Source: Nitrososphaerales archaeon (lineage in GTDB: Archaea; Thermoproteota; Nitrososphaeria; Nitrososphaerales; CADDZS01). Taken from it: DNA of 32,000 nt. The notes beneath the pieces were generated by a model. It did not search any database. It was given only the letters and a program-made list of their open reading frames with translations, and was not told the DNA's origin. Numbering within the stretch: position 1 is the first letter of the stretch; the number at the start of each line of letters is the position of its first letter. Where the stretch lies: NCBI GenBank assembly GCA_030041295.1, contig JASHOD010000038.1:2973-34972 (forward strand). Direction: 5' to 3'. This document shows positions 31,529 through 32,000 of the stretch, piece by piece. Position numbers and translations under genes: made by a program.

Positions 31529-32000
31529 TTGAAGGCTATGGTGCTTCAAGAGACTTCGGAGGTGGAAACGCATCCTTTGAAGTGCGAGGATCTCGAGGAT
31601 CCGAAACCACAGGAAGATCAGATTCTTGTTAGAGTAAGGAATTGTGGCGTATGTCGAACTGATCTTCACATCGTTGAAGGCGACATACCTGCCCTCGTTC
31701 CGCATATAATTCCAGGTCACGAAACTGTCGGAGAGGTTGTTCAAGTCGGAAATAAGGTTCGGACACTCACAGAAGGAGAGCTTGTAGGAATTCCTTGGTT
31801 GCATCATACCTGCGGCAATTGTGAATATTGTATCAAGGGCAGGGAAAATCTTTGCGACGACAAGGTCTACACGGGGTACGGCGTGAATGGAGGTTACGCG
31901 GAATATACAATCGGGGAAGAAGGGTTTGTATTTCGTCTTCCAAAACAAGCTGAGCCCGCAAAGATTGCGCCTTTTCTATGCGCAGGGATAATAGGCTACA
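31529..32000 (+). CDS. adh: Zinc-dependent alcohol dehydrogenase (MDR family), 5' portion; continues past the window end
   Basis: Not in the track because it is truncated. TTG start at 31529, 11 nt after a GGAGGT ribosome-binding site, giving 'MKAMVLQETSEV...'. 'CGVCRTDLHIVEGD', 'PGHETVGEVVQVG', and the structural-Zn cluster 'CGNCEYCIKGRENLC'. Confidence 0.85.
   Translation, partial: MKAMVLQETSEVETHPLKCEDLEDPKPQEDQILVRVRNCGVCRTDLHIVEGDIPALVPHIIPGHETVGEVVQVGNKVRTLTEGELVGIPWLHHTCGNCEYCIKGRENLCDDKVYTGYGVNGGYAEYTIGEEGFVFRLPKQAEPAKIAPFLCAGIIGY

Noticed and set aside
31460-31948. 162-aa minus-strand ORF from the track
   Set aside because: It is antisense to a clear Zn-alcohol dehydrogenase reading frame on the plus strand (GHE, CGVCRTDLH and C-x2-C-x2-C-x7-C motifs). 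Its own translation has no recognisable features.
1-32000. Search for CRISPR arrays, tRNA/rRNA genes, transposases, integrases and long direct or inverted repeats
   Set aside because: Visual inspection of intergenic regions and ORF translations found none. The only repeated element is the 18-bp promoter-associated palindrome.

Overview
The window looks like ordinary chromosomal DNA of an archaeon. This rests on A/T-rich TATA-like boxes about 25-65 bp upstream of starts, GGAGGT-type ribosome-binding sites, a split ADP-forming acetyl-CoA synthetase, and frequent TTG/GTG starts. The taxon cannot be verified from the sequence alone. About 38 protein genes are supported. No tRNA, rRNA, CRISPR array or mobile element was recognised.

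Main content:
- A truncated PLP-dependent enzyme (<1-890).
- A cytochrome bd oxidase operon, cydA-cydB plus an unknown 7-TM gene (1250-4417).
- An ilvE-fhs operon (4790-7392).
- A hypC-like gene plus a 257-aa protein with an internal HypC-like domain (7568-8576).
- An MFS transporter and a stand-alone Pat-type GNAT.
- An 8.6-kb, 11-gene operon (11299-19876). It has complex-I gene order (nuoA-B-C-D-H-I-J-K-L-N) but keeps all [NiFe]-hydrogenase ligands, and it opens with a hycI-type maturation protease.
- A small-ORF region with a frameshifted AhpD/CMD-family pseudogene (20.0-21.5 kb).
- An orphan histidine kinase.
- An MFS-PadR-ABC efflux cluster.
- A stress cluster (Hsp20, NfeD-like, USP).
- acdA/acdB, and a truncated Zn-alcohol dehydrogenase.

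Most interesting observations:
1. The complex-I-architecture [NiFe] hydrogenase.
2. An 18-bp palindrome, ATTCTCA-N4-TGAGAAT, recurs at about 10 promoters, always about 10 bp upstream of a TATA-like box. It links respiratory, hydrogenase-maturation and stress genes into a candidate undescribed regulon.
3. The HypC-like pair, with an unknown His/Cys-rich domain.

All calls come from reading the sequence and the ORF translations. No database search was possible.
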